This document shows positions 1 to 8,925 of a stretch of 62,000 nt of DNA, piece after piece (position 1 is the first letter of the stretch; each line of letters opens with the position of its first letter). Source of the DNA: Squalus acanthias (Eukaryota); the NCBI GenBank assembly GCA_030390025.1, contig JASTWF010000033.1, forward strand, positions 186,001 through 248,000, written 5' to 3'. Position numbers and translations under genes: made by a program. The notes beneath the pieces were generated by a model. The model searched no databases. It was not told the DNA's origin and saw only the letters and a program-made list of their open reading frames with translations.

Positions 1-1141
1 TCTTGATTAAGCCCTTTGTCCTCCTTTGCTCTATCTTAAACTGTTCCCAATCTTCCGCTCTGGCGCTTTTTTTGGCTATTTTATACGCCCTATCTTTGGA
101 TTTTATGCTGTCTCTAATTTCCCCTGTTATCCACGGTTGAGTCACCTTTTTAGATTTCCTTTTATGCCAGATTGGTATAAACAATTTTTGCAATTTTGTC
201 ATTCTATCTTTAAATGCTTGCCATTGTTTATCTACCTCCAGTCCTCCCAGGAACGTTGTCCAATCAGACCTACTCAGTTCCCGTCTAATGGCATCATAAT
301 TCCCCTTGTTTAAATTCAGGACCTTAGTATCTGAGTCAATTTCTTCGCTCTCCATTTCGAGTGAGAAATCGATCATGTTATGATCGCTCTGACCCAAGGG
401 TCCCCGTACAACAAGATTACTAATTAGTCCCTTCTCATTGCACAGTACCCAGTCCAATATAGCCTGTTCCCGAGTTGGTTCCTCGACATATTGATCCAGA
501 TAACCATCCCTTAAACACTCAAGGAATTCCTCCTCCTCATTATTTTTACTGATTAGGCTATTCCAATCTATATGTAAGTTAAAGTCACCTATGATGACAG
601 CTGTGCTCTTATTGCACGCTTCTCTAATTTCCCTCGTGATGCCCTCCCCAACCTCTATTTTACTATTTGGAGGCCTATATACCACTCCTATTAATGTTTT
701 TCGCCCCTCGCTATTTCTTAGCTCCACCCATATAGATTCTGTATTAACTGAGTTAATATCCTTCCTTTCAATTGCATTTATCCCTTCTTTTACCAGCAAT
801 GCTACCCCTCCTCCCTTTCTTTTTTGTCGATCCTTCCTAAATACTGAATACCCCTGTATGTTAAGCTCCCAGCCCTGCTTACCCTGCAACCATGTTTCCG
901 TAATCCCAATTAGATCATAATTATTAACCTCTATTTCCACAGCTAATTCATCTACCTTGTTCCTGATGCTTCTCGCATTAAGGTATAAAACCCTCAGGCT
1001 TTTTTTATGCTCACATTTTTTATGAATTAGTTTGGCCCTTTGTTTTTTGTTCCTCACTCTTTTACCATTTATTTCTGTCTGCCTTTCACTTTCCTCTATT
1101 TCACTACATAGGTTTCTAGCCCCCTGCCATACTAGTTTAAA
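1..1141 (-). CDS. CR1 ORF2 N-terminus (APE endonuclease), partial; no in-frame ATG before the domain
   Basis: Manual translation from 1141 gives FKLVWQGARNLCSEIEESERQTEINGKRVRNKKQRAKLIHKKCEHKKSLRVLYLNARSIRNKVDELAVEIEVNNYDLIGITETW. It then matches the 27679 ORF. Absent from the ORF track, presumably because it runs off the window without a stop. Confidence 0.88.
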
Positions 1142-2079
1142 TGCTCCCGAACTGCTTTATCAAAAATTACCCCGAGAACATCAGTTCCATCTTTGCACAG
1201 GTGTAGACCGTCCCTTTTGTATAGGTCACACCTACCACAAAACTGGTTCCAATGCCTCAAAAATTTAAAACCCTCCCTCTTACACCACTGCTCAAGCCAC
1301 GTATTTAGCCTAACTATCCTGTTCTCTGTACTCTTACTAGCACGTGGCACTGGTAGTAATCCAGAGATTACTACCTTCGAGGTCCTACTTTTTAGCTTGG
1401 CTCCTAACTCCCTAAATTCTACTTGTAGGACCTCTTCCCTTTTTTTAGCTACGTCGTTGGTACCAACATGTATCACGACAACTGGCTGTTCCCCCTCCCC
1501 CTCCAGAATGTTCTGCACCCGCGCCGAGACATCCTTGACCCTTGCACCAGGGAGGCAACATACCATCCTGGAGTCTCGGTCGCGACCACAGAAACCCCTA
1601 TCTATTCCCCTTACAATCGAATCCCCTATTACTATAGCCCTGCCACTCTTTTTCCCTCCCTTCTTTGCAACAGAGCCAGTCATGGTGCCATGAGCCTGGC
1701 TGCTGGTGCCTTCCCCCGATGAGTCATCCCCCCCGACAACAGCACCTAAGGCGGTGAACCTGTTGCTAAGGGAGACAACCCCAGGGGATTTCTGCACTAC
1801 CTTCCTGCCCTTGCTCTGCCTTTTGGTCACCCATGTACTATCTACGCTGGCCTTAACCTGCGGTGTGACCAACTCACTAAATGTGTTATCCACAACCCTC
1901 TCAGAATCGTGGATGCTCCAAAGTGAGTCCATCCGCAGCTCAAGGGCCGTCATGCGGTCCCACATGAGCTGCAGCTGGACACACTTCCCGCACACATGGT
2001 TGTCAGGGACACAGGAAGCGTCCCTGATTTCCCACATGTTACAGGAGGAGCATGACACAGGTCCGAGCTCTACTGCCAT
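1132..2079 (-). CDS. CR1 ORF1 protein: CxxC...CxxC zinc motif, coiled coil and SGNH/GDSL esterase domain (315 aa)
   Basis: CSSC...CGKC followed by a leucine-heptad-like stretch. SGNH blocks IGDS, LPGA, HVGTND and DGLH are present. ATG start and TAG stop are intact. Confidence 0.93.
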   Translation of the reverse strand: MAVELGPVSCSSCNMWEIRDASCVPDNHVCGKCVQLQLMWDRMTALELRMDSLWSIHDSERVVDNTFSELVTPQVKASVDSTWVTKRQSKGRKVVQKSPGVVSLSNRFTALGAVVGGDDSSGEGTSSQAHGTMTGSVAKKGGKKSGRAIVIGDSIVRGIDRGFCGRDRDSRMVCCLPGARVKDVSARVQNILEGEGEQPVVVIHVGTNDVAKKREEVLQVEFRELGAKLKSRTSKVVISGLLPVPRASKSTENRIVRLNTWLEQWCKREGFKFLRHWNQFCGRCDLYKRDGLHLCKDGTDVLGVIFDKAVREHLN

Positions 2080-2689
2080 GACTTAACCCTTATATTACTT
2101 TTTAATTTTCTAGTTTTAGTTTATTTATTGACATTTGTTTTCCCGAAGCTTACTTAGACCAATGTATACTGTACTCCTCTTATTCCTTTTTAAACTAACC
2201 AAATCCCACTAGTTTTAGTTTTACTTTCTAGGAAGGTTTGAGGAAAGTACTTACCAGTTAGTCTTACCTCCCTGGTCTTTCGCTGACTTCCCGGTCTTGT
2301 GTCCCCTTGGTCCTACGCCGACTTCCCGCTCCTCCCGGTTCCTGCCCTGCTGAAAAGAAACTGAGAGGTTGAATGGCCTTCTCCTGTGTTCCCATGGTGC
2401 TACTGTTTTAATTATAATGGATACAGAAATAAACAAGATCGAGATTGTCTTTTTGCAAATGAAATTGAATGAAATAATATCATAATCTCCTTTAATATTA
2501 CTGATCCGACTTTACAATATTGTTTGTAGGAATTTATCTTAGATATTAGCTGACAAAAAACATTTGCTGTTTATTAAACATGCTGAATAAATAAATATAT
2601 CAAAAGATGAATTTCATTTTCTTTCTATTCGTATTCAAGTTCTTACTGATTCAGTACTCAAACTAAGAGAAACATCTCGGACGGTAAGG

Positions 2690-2930
2690 GTCCCTTTAAG
2701 AGGCCTCGAGCAGACACTCCGTGGTCACAACCCTTGGTCAGAGGTCACAGGCTGCCCAAGCTGGGTCTCTTCGAAGCTGAGCGGAGGGTAGAGACGGCCC
2801 TTGACCATCTCCCCCGACCCGAAATCAATCGGAGAAACAGCCAATCATGGTGCTGTGACGTGCGGAAAGCATTGTGGCGTCATCTACTACAACGCAAAGC
2901 GCCGGCAGCCATTTTAAAAATCAGGTAATT
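2690..2930 (+). promoter_or_regulatory. Putative TATA-less CpG-rich promoter and first exon ending at a splice donor
   Basis: Locally CpG-rich in an AT-rich context. Motifs: CCAAT 2841-2845, TGACGTG 2856-2862, CGGAA 2863-2867, TGGCGTCA 2875-2882, YY1-like GCAGCCATTTT 2905-2915, donor CAG|GTAATT at 2924/2925. Confidence 0.6.
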
Positions 2931-3262
2931 GGCCATTAGGACCCTGCGGCCGCCCATCCGGCGGTGCTGTTAGGTCACGGTTCCAGGCTGTCTGACACAA
3001 TCAGTGGGTCACGATAAAGCTAAGGACAGATTGTGAGAGTTTTATTGTACGCTCTCGGGGAGTGTGTTTATGGCTATCAGGTCATCTGTCTGTTGTGGTG
3101 AGCCTTAGTTATTCTTAATTCGGACCTGACATTTATGTTTCTGCGTAGCTTCCTGTAGCATCCTGTTGGTTGGCAGCAGTCGCGTCCTAAAATTAAAGTG
3201 TCAATGATTGTCTCTACTGGTCACTGGGACCCTGAAGCACCGCTCACACTTAGTATCTGCAG

Positions 3263-3313
3263 CAAGATGGCCGCGCATGCGCTGCTTTCTCCCACTCTAC
3301 CAAGATGGCAGCC
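3263..3313. promoter_or_regulatory. YY1/NRF1 motif cluster cut off by a LINE fragment
   Basis: CAAGATGGCCGC (YY1) overlaps GCGCATGCGC (NRF1, 3273-3282). A second CAAGATGGCAGCC lies at 3301-3313. Confidence 0.45.
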
Positions 3314-3317
3314 AGGT

Positions 3318-4196
3318 GCCCCCTCAGCCTTCTCTGCTCTAAGGAAAACAACCCCAGCCTGTCCAGTCTCTCTTCATAGCTGAAGCGCACCAGCACAGGT
3401 AACATCCTGGTGAATCTCCTCTGCACCCTCTCCAATGCAATCACATCCTTCCTATAGTGTGGCAACCAGAACTGCACACAGTATTCCAGCCGTGGCCTAA
3501 CTAGCGTTTTGCTCAGCTCCATCATAACCTCCCTGCTCTTATATTCTATGCCTCGGCTAATGAAGGCAACTATCCCATACGCTTTTTTAACCACCTTGTC
3601 TACATGTCCTGCTGCCTTCAGGGATCTATGTACATGCACACCAAGGGCCCCCTGATCCTCTATCCTTCCTAGGATCCTACCATTCATTGTGTATTCCCTT
3701 GTCTTGTTAGTCCTCCCAAAATGCATCACCTCACACTTTTCAGGGTTAAGTTCCATTTGCCACTGTTCTGCCCATCTAACCAACCCGTCTATATCGTCCT
3801 GTAGCCTGAGGCTTCCCTCCTCGCTATTTACCACTCCCACAATTTTCGTGTCATCTGCGAACTTACTGATCATACCTACTACATTCATATCTAATCATTA
3901 ATGTACACTACAAACAGCAAAGGACCCAGCACCGATCCCTGCGGTACACCACTGGACAGAGGCTTCCAGTCACAAAAACAACCTTCGAGCACCACCCTCT
4001 GCCTTCTGCCACTAAGCCAATTTTGGATCCAATTTGCCAAATTGTCCTGGATCTCATGGGCTCTTACCTTCTTGACCAGTCTCAAATGCGGGACTTTGTC
4101 AAAAGCCTTACTGAAGTCTATGTAGACCACATCAACTGCACTACCCTCATCCACACACCTAGTCACCCCCTCGAAAAACTCAATCAAATTGGTTCG
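3318..4196 (-). mobile_element. CR1 LINE reverse-transcriptase fragment (disrupted)
   Basis: ORFs 3891-4187 (DFSKAFD, GVPQGSVLGP, YIND) and 3250-3888 (FADDTK, LEYCVQFW) are separated by a stop. Confidence 0.92.
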
Positions 4197-4505
4197 ACAT
4201 GTTGGATGAGCTGAAGTTTACCAAGGGTGGAAGATGGGAGGCAGGCGAAGAGAACATTGGAATAGTCTAGTCCGGAGGTAACAAAGACATAGATGAGGCT
4301 TTCAGCAGCAGATGGGCTGAAGCAATCATGGAGATGGGCGATATTACAGAGGTGGAAATAAATGGTCTAGTTATGGCGAAGGTATGTGATAGGACGCTCA
4401 GCTCAGGATCAAATCGAATGCTGAGGTTACGAACATACTGGCTCATCCTCAGATAGTTGCAACGGAGGGGGATGGAGTCGATGTCTAGGGAACGGATTGT
4501 GTGGC
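4197..4505 (-). mobile_element. L2-clade LINE RT C-terminal fragment (degenerate)
   Basis: Minus-strand translation gives ...NLSIRFDPELS... and ...LIYVFVTSGLDYSNVLFA..., which resembles the L2 'LIHAFVTSRLDYCN' motif. Confidence 0.65.
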
Positions 4506-4705
4506 GGGGCCCTCGTGGGCCCGAGCATTACTGCACCCCCTGGGTAAAGGGCCCTGTAGGCCCGAGCATTAATCCACCATGTCGCGTGGGATTACAGTAC
4601 AGAAACAGGCCATTCGGCCCAACTGGTCTGCTCCGGTGTTCATACTTTACACGAGCCTCCTCCCACTCGAATTACCTCTTCCCATCCTGCTCCCAGTAAA
4701 ATCGC

Positions 4706-4860
4706 AGCCGAAAGACGGCACCTCCAAAAGTGCAGCATTCCCTCACCACTGCACTGGGAGTGTCAGCTTAAATTTTTGTGCTCAAGTCTCTGGAGTAGGA
4801 CTTGAACCTACAACCTTCTGACGCAGAGGCGAATGTGCTACCAATTGAACTACGGCTGAC
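4706..4860 (-). mobile_element. tRNA-derived Deu-type SINE, 5' head
   Basis: Minus strand shows A-box TAGTTCAATTGG and B-box GGTTCAAGTCC, then CCAGAGACTTGAGCAC...GAGGGAATGCTGCAC...GGAGGTGCCGTCTT, homologous to the SINE body at 47490. Confidence 0.75.
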
Positions 4861-4861
4861 A

Positions 4862-5190
4862 GGTTCTATTCCAGAAACGAACCCCAGTACAATCTTCGCA
4901 ATTTGTACGGCCTTATCAACTTGTGTTGCTAATGTAAGCGATTTATGTGACTGCAATCCCGATCCTTTGCTCCTCTGCCCCATTTAGTTACTTGCCTTCT
5001 AAGCAATAACAGGACTCCGTATTCCTCCTGCCAAAAATAACACTTCAGCTCACAATATTTTGAATTTAAGTTCCCATTTATCTGCCCAGTCTGCAAGCCT
5101 GTTTATCTCTTCCTGTATTTTGAGGCAGTCCTCCACATTATTAGCTATACCACCCAATGTGGTGTCATCCGCAAATTGCGACAACTTCTC
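4862..5190 (-). mobile_element. Old CR1 RT fragment; resumes at ~6478-6575 after a nested insertion
   Basis: SQFADDTTLGG...WADKWELKF in ORF 5050-5274. The upstream QGSVLGP region (ggtcccagaacggatccctgc) lies at ~6520-6540. Confidence 0.75.
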
Positions 5191-5194
5191 ATTG

Positions 5195-6476
5195 AGATTG
5201 ATAGATTTTTTTAACGTAAGGGTATTAAGGGTTACTGAACCAAGGTGACTGGATGGAGTTAAGGTACAGATCACCCAAGATCTAATTGAATGATGAAACA
5301 GGCTCGAGGGACTGAATCGCCGACTCCTGTTCCTATGTTCCTAACAGGCTCGAGGGGCTGAATGGCCGACTCCTGTTCCTATGTTCCTAACAGGCTCGAG
5401 GGGCTGAATGGCCGATTCCTGTTCCTGTGTTCCTAACAGGCTCGAAGGGCTGAATGGCCGACTCCTGTTCCTATGTTCCTAACAGGCTCGAGGGGCTGAA
5501 TGGCCGATTCCTGTTCCTATGTTCCTAACAGGCTCGAGGGGCTGAATGGCCGATTCCTGTTCTTATGTTCCTAACAGGCTCGAGGGGGCTGAATGGCCGA
5601 TTCCTGTTCCTATGTTACAACAGGCTCGAGGGGCTGAATGGCCGATTCCTGTTCCTATGTTACAACAGGCTCGAGGGGGCTGAATGGACGATTCCTGTTC
5701 CTATGTAACAACAGGCTCGAGGGGGCTGAATGGCCGATTCCTGTTCCAATGTTTCAACAGACTCGGGGGGCTGAATGGCCGATTCCTGTTCCTATGTTTC
5801 AACAGACTTGGGGGGCTGAATGGCGATTCCTGTTCCTATGTTTCAACAGACTCGGGGGGCTGAATGGCCGATTCCTGTTCTTATGTTACAACAGGCTCGG
5901 GGGGCTGAATGGCCGATTCCTGTTCCTATGTTTCAACAGACTTGGGGGGCTGAATGGCCGATTCCTGTTCCTATGTTTCAACAGACTTGGGGGGCTGAAT
6001 GGCCGATTCCTGTTCCTATGTTACAACAGACTTGGGGGGCTGAATGGCCGATTCCTGTTCCTATGTTTCAACAGACTTGGGGGGCTGAATGGCCGATTCC
6101 TGTTCCTATGTTACAACAGGCTCGAGGGGGCTGAATGGCCGATTCCTTTTCCTATGTTACAACAGGCTCGAGGGGCTGAATGGCCGATTCCTGTTCCTAT
6201 GTTACAACAGGCTCGAGGGGGCTGAATGGCCGATTCCTGTTCCTATGTTATAACAGGCTCGAGGGGCTGAATGGCCGATTCCTGTTCTTATGTTACAACA
6301 GGCTCGGGGGGGGGGGCTGACTGGCCGATTCCTGTTCCGATGTTACAACAGGCTCGAGGGGGTGAATGGCCGATTCCTGTTCTTATGTTACAACAGGCTC
6401 GAGGGGGCTGAATGGCCGATTACTGTTCCTATGTTACAACAGGCTCGAGGGGGCTGAATGGCCGATTCCTGTTCCA
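5195..6476 (+). repeat. CR1 3' end followed by ~25 tandem copies of its terminal 46-47 bp
   Basis: Unit AACAGGCTCGAGGGG(G)CTGAATGGCCGATTCCTGTTCCTATGTT(CCT/AC/TC) from ~5297. It is homologous to the CR1 3' terminus at 30467-30510. Confidence 0.9.
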
Positions 6477-6588
6477 AGGTAACTCCATTTTCTGAGTCTA
6501 AATGAACGTGAACAAATCTGGTCCCAGAACGGATCCCTGCAATACACCATTTCTCACTTTCTGCCAGTCTTACAAAGGACCCACAACT

Positions 6589-7125
6589 CATAGAAATATA
6601 GAAGATAGGAGCAGGAGTAGGCCATTCGGCCCCTCGAGCCTGCTCCGCCATTCAATGAGATCATGGCTGATCATCCAAACTCAGTGCCCTGTACCTGCTT
6701 TCTCCCCGTATCCCTTGATCCCTTTAGCTTTAAGAAATATATCTAAATAATTCCTGAATATATTTAATGACTTGGCCTCAACTACCTTCTGTGGTAGAGA
6801 ATTCCACAGGTGCACCATTCTCTGGGTGAAGAAATTCTTCCTCATTTCTGTCCTAAATGGCTTACCCCTTATCCTTAGATTATGACCCCTGGTTCTGGAC
6901 TCTCTGACCATCGGGAACATTCTTCCTGCATCTAGTTTGTCCAGACCTGTCGGAATTGTGTATGTTTCGATGAGATCCCCTCTCATTCTTCTATACTCCA
7001 GCGAGTTTAAGCCCAATCGACCCAAACTCTCCTCATATGTCATTCCTGCCATCCCAGGTATCAGCCCTGTGAATCTTCGCTGAACTCATTCCATGGCAAG
7101 AATATCTTTCCTCAGATGAGGCGAC
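6589..7125 (-). mobile_element. CR1 LINE 3' fragment with tail
   Basis: ORF 6681-7052 ends KGYGEKAGTGH like the 27679 ORF. 3' UTR and a short TCTAT-type tail are present. Confidence 0.92.
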
Positions 7126-7278
7126 CCACTGATTTCGGTTTTGGAGCGGAATTTCCATTTATTGGCCACAACTTTAGGAGAACAACAGAGGAAAGAATGT
7201 TCCATATCAACTGGAATTGTCTGTTCTGAATTTCTGTCCTGTACTTACAGTGATGTTTTTTGTAAACTCCTTTTACAG

Positions 7279-8054
7279 GGTATTCGAAGGGGAGGGTTTG
7301 CAGACGAAAATCTGAAACCAAACATCTGACAGAATCTCTCGATTCATCAGGTCCTGAATGTCATCGGCCTTTGAATGTGGAAGGAGAAATGTTTGTCTGT
7401 TCTGCCTGTGAGAAAAGATTTCAAACATCAGTGTGACTGGAAAAGCACCGAGACACACACACCCGAGTGAGAGTGTTCCAGTGCACTGACTGTGGAAAGA
7501 GCTTTATCCAGTTACACAGCCTGAAAAAACATCGCACCATTCACAGCGGGGAGAAACCGTAAAGGAGTTCTCTGTGAGGAGGGGGATTCAACTGATCATC
7601 CAACCTGGAGAGACACAAGGACACCCGTACCAGGGAGAAACTGTGGAAATGTGGGGACTGTGGGAATGGATTCCTTTATCCGTCTGAACTGGAGATTCTT
7701 CATCGCAGTCACACTGGGGAGAGACCGTTCCCCTGCTCTGAGTGTGGGAACGGATTCATTGATTCATCTGACCTGCTGACACACCAGCGAGTTTATACCG
7801 GGGAGAGGCCGTTCCCCTGCTCTGAGTGTGAGAACGGATTCATTAATTCATCTGACCTGCTGACACACCAGCGAGTTCACACCGGGGAGAGACCGTTCCC
7901 CTGCTCTGAGTGTGGGAACGGATTCATTGATTCATCTGACCTGCTGACACACCAGCGAGTTTACACCGGGGAGAGGCCGTTCCCCCGCTTCGTCTGTGGG
8001 AAGGGATTCACTGGGTCATCTTTCTTGCTGAAACACCAGCGAGTTCACAAGTGA
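7279..8054 (+). pseudogene. C2H2 zinc-finger exon A: 3 stop-containing relic fingers, then 5 in-frame fingers lacking a start codon
   Basis: Acceptor ctccttttacag| at 7278. The frame from 7632 reads REKLWKCGDCGNGF...([25 protein letters not shown][Y/H])...HQRVHK-TGA(8052-8054). AGG sits at 7632 where ATG (MEKPWKC-type start) is expected. Several zinc ligands are lost (H>L, H>Y twice, C>R). Confidence 0.8.
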
Positions 8055-8925
8055 CTGCAGGGGTTGGATTCTGCTTTTATTGCTGCTGTTAATCACATCC
8101 CGGACTGAACCATGTTCATTCTGACAGTTGGGGTTTATTTCTGCTGATGTTAATAACACCTGTAACTGGGCTGGAGTTTAATATTTTGATATTTCAAATA
8201 ACACATTGTGTCGATATTTGATGTCTCCAAGATAAGAGGAGACTAATTGATGTCCTGTTACCAACTACTCCGTTTTTGGGCCTTTTCTCCTTTCTAACTC
8301 GAGATTATTTCAGTTCTCGTACCTTCGGTCACTCTCATGGACAAGTCCCAGCTCCCCATACCTGGGAAGAGACCATTCACCTGCTCTGAGTGTGGGAAGG
8401 GATTCAAGTGTTCATCCGACCTTCTGAACCACCAGCGAGTTCACACTGGGGAGAGACCTTTCACCTGCTCTGAGTGTGGGAAGGGATTCAAGTGTTCATC
8501 CGACCTGCTGACGCACCAGCGAGTTCACATTGGGGAGAAACCGTTCACCTGCTCCGTGAGTGGGAAGGGATTCAATCGGTCATCCCACCTGCTGAGACAC
8601 CAGCGAGTTCACACTGGGGAGAGACCGTTCACCTGCTCTGAGTGTGGGAAGGGGTTCAATCGGTCATCCCACCTGCTGAGATACCAGCGAGTTCACACTG
8701 GGGAGAGACCGTTCACCTGCTCTGAGTGTGGAAAGGGATTCAATCGGTCATCCCACCTGCTGAGACACCAGCGAGTTCACAAGTGACGGCAGAGGTTGGA
8801 TACTGCTGTTATTGCTGCTGTTAAGCACATCCCGGACTGAATCATGTTCATTCTGACAGTTGGGTTTTGTTCCTGCTGATGTTAATAACCCTGTAACTGG
8901 CTGGAGTTTAATATTCTTGATATAA
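8055..8925 (+). repeat. Duplicated ~140-bp ZNF 3' UTR module (8055-8195 and 8787-8925)
   Basis: Both stops are followed by ...ggttggat.ctgct.ttattgctgctgttaa.cacatcccggactgaa.catgttcattctgacagttggg...ctggagtttaatatt. Confidence 0.9.
8337..8786 (+). CDS. C2H2 zinc-finger protein with 5 tandem fingers (149 aa; fingers 3 and 4 each lack one Zn ligand); possibly a pseudogene
   Basis: 28-aa repeats with TGERPF linkers. Helices are CSSDLLN, CSSDLLT and RSSHLLR x3. Possible acceptor ctaac...ttatttcag| at 8313. No KRAB, SCAN or BTB domain is visible. Confidence 0.75.
   Translation: MDKSQLPIPGKRPFTCSECGKGFKCSSDLLNHQRVHTGERPFTCSECGKGFKCSSDLLTHQRVHIGEKPFTCSVSGKGFNRSSHLLRHQRVHTGERPFTCSECGKGFNRSSHLLRYQRVHTGERPFTCSECGKGFNRSSHLLRHQRVHK

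Larger units (their letters stand above)
1..2355 (-). mobile_element. CR1-clade LINE, 5' portion (5' UTR, ORF1, start of ORF2); continues beyond the left window edge
   Basis: Esterase-type ORF1 is followed by an APE endonuclease frame. Bases 1-958 are the reverse complement of 27661-28618 with only about 9 substitutions seen by eye. The 5' boundary (~2355) is approximate. Confidence 0.93.

Noticed and set aside
26..2086. Plus-strand ORFs of 78-166 aa, and their mirror ORFs at 27699-30284
   Set aside because: Antisense shadows of LINE ORFs. Their duplication simply reflects the two LINE copies.
4790..4860. tRNA gene (A and B boxes on the minus strand)
   Set aside because: It continues directly into the SINE body and lacks a proper acceptor stem and terminator, so it is a SINE head.
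5638..6225. 195-aa and 104-aa repetitive ORFs
   Set aside because: Translations of the LINE-tail minisatellite.
7430..7600. Selenocysteine or readthrough at the in-frame TGA codons of the ZNF leader
   Set aside because: A TAA is also in frame, and I cannot identify a SECIS element.
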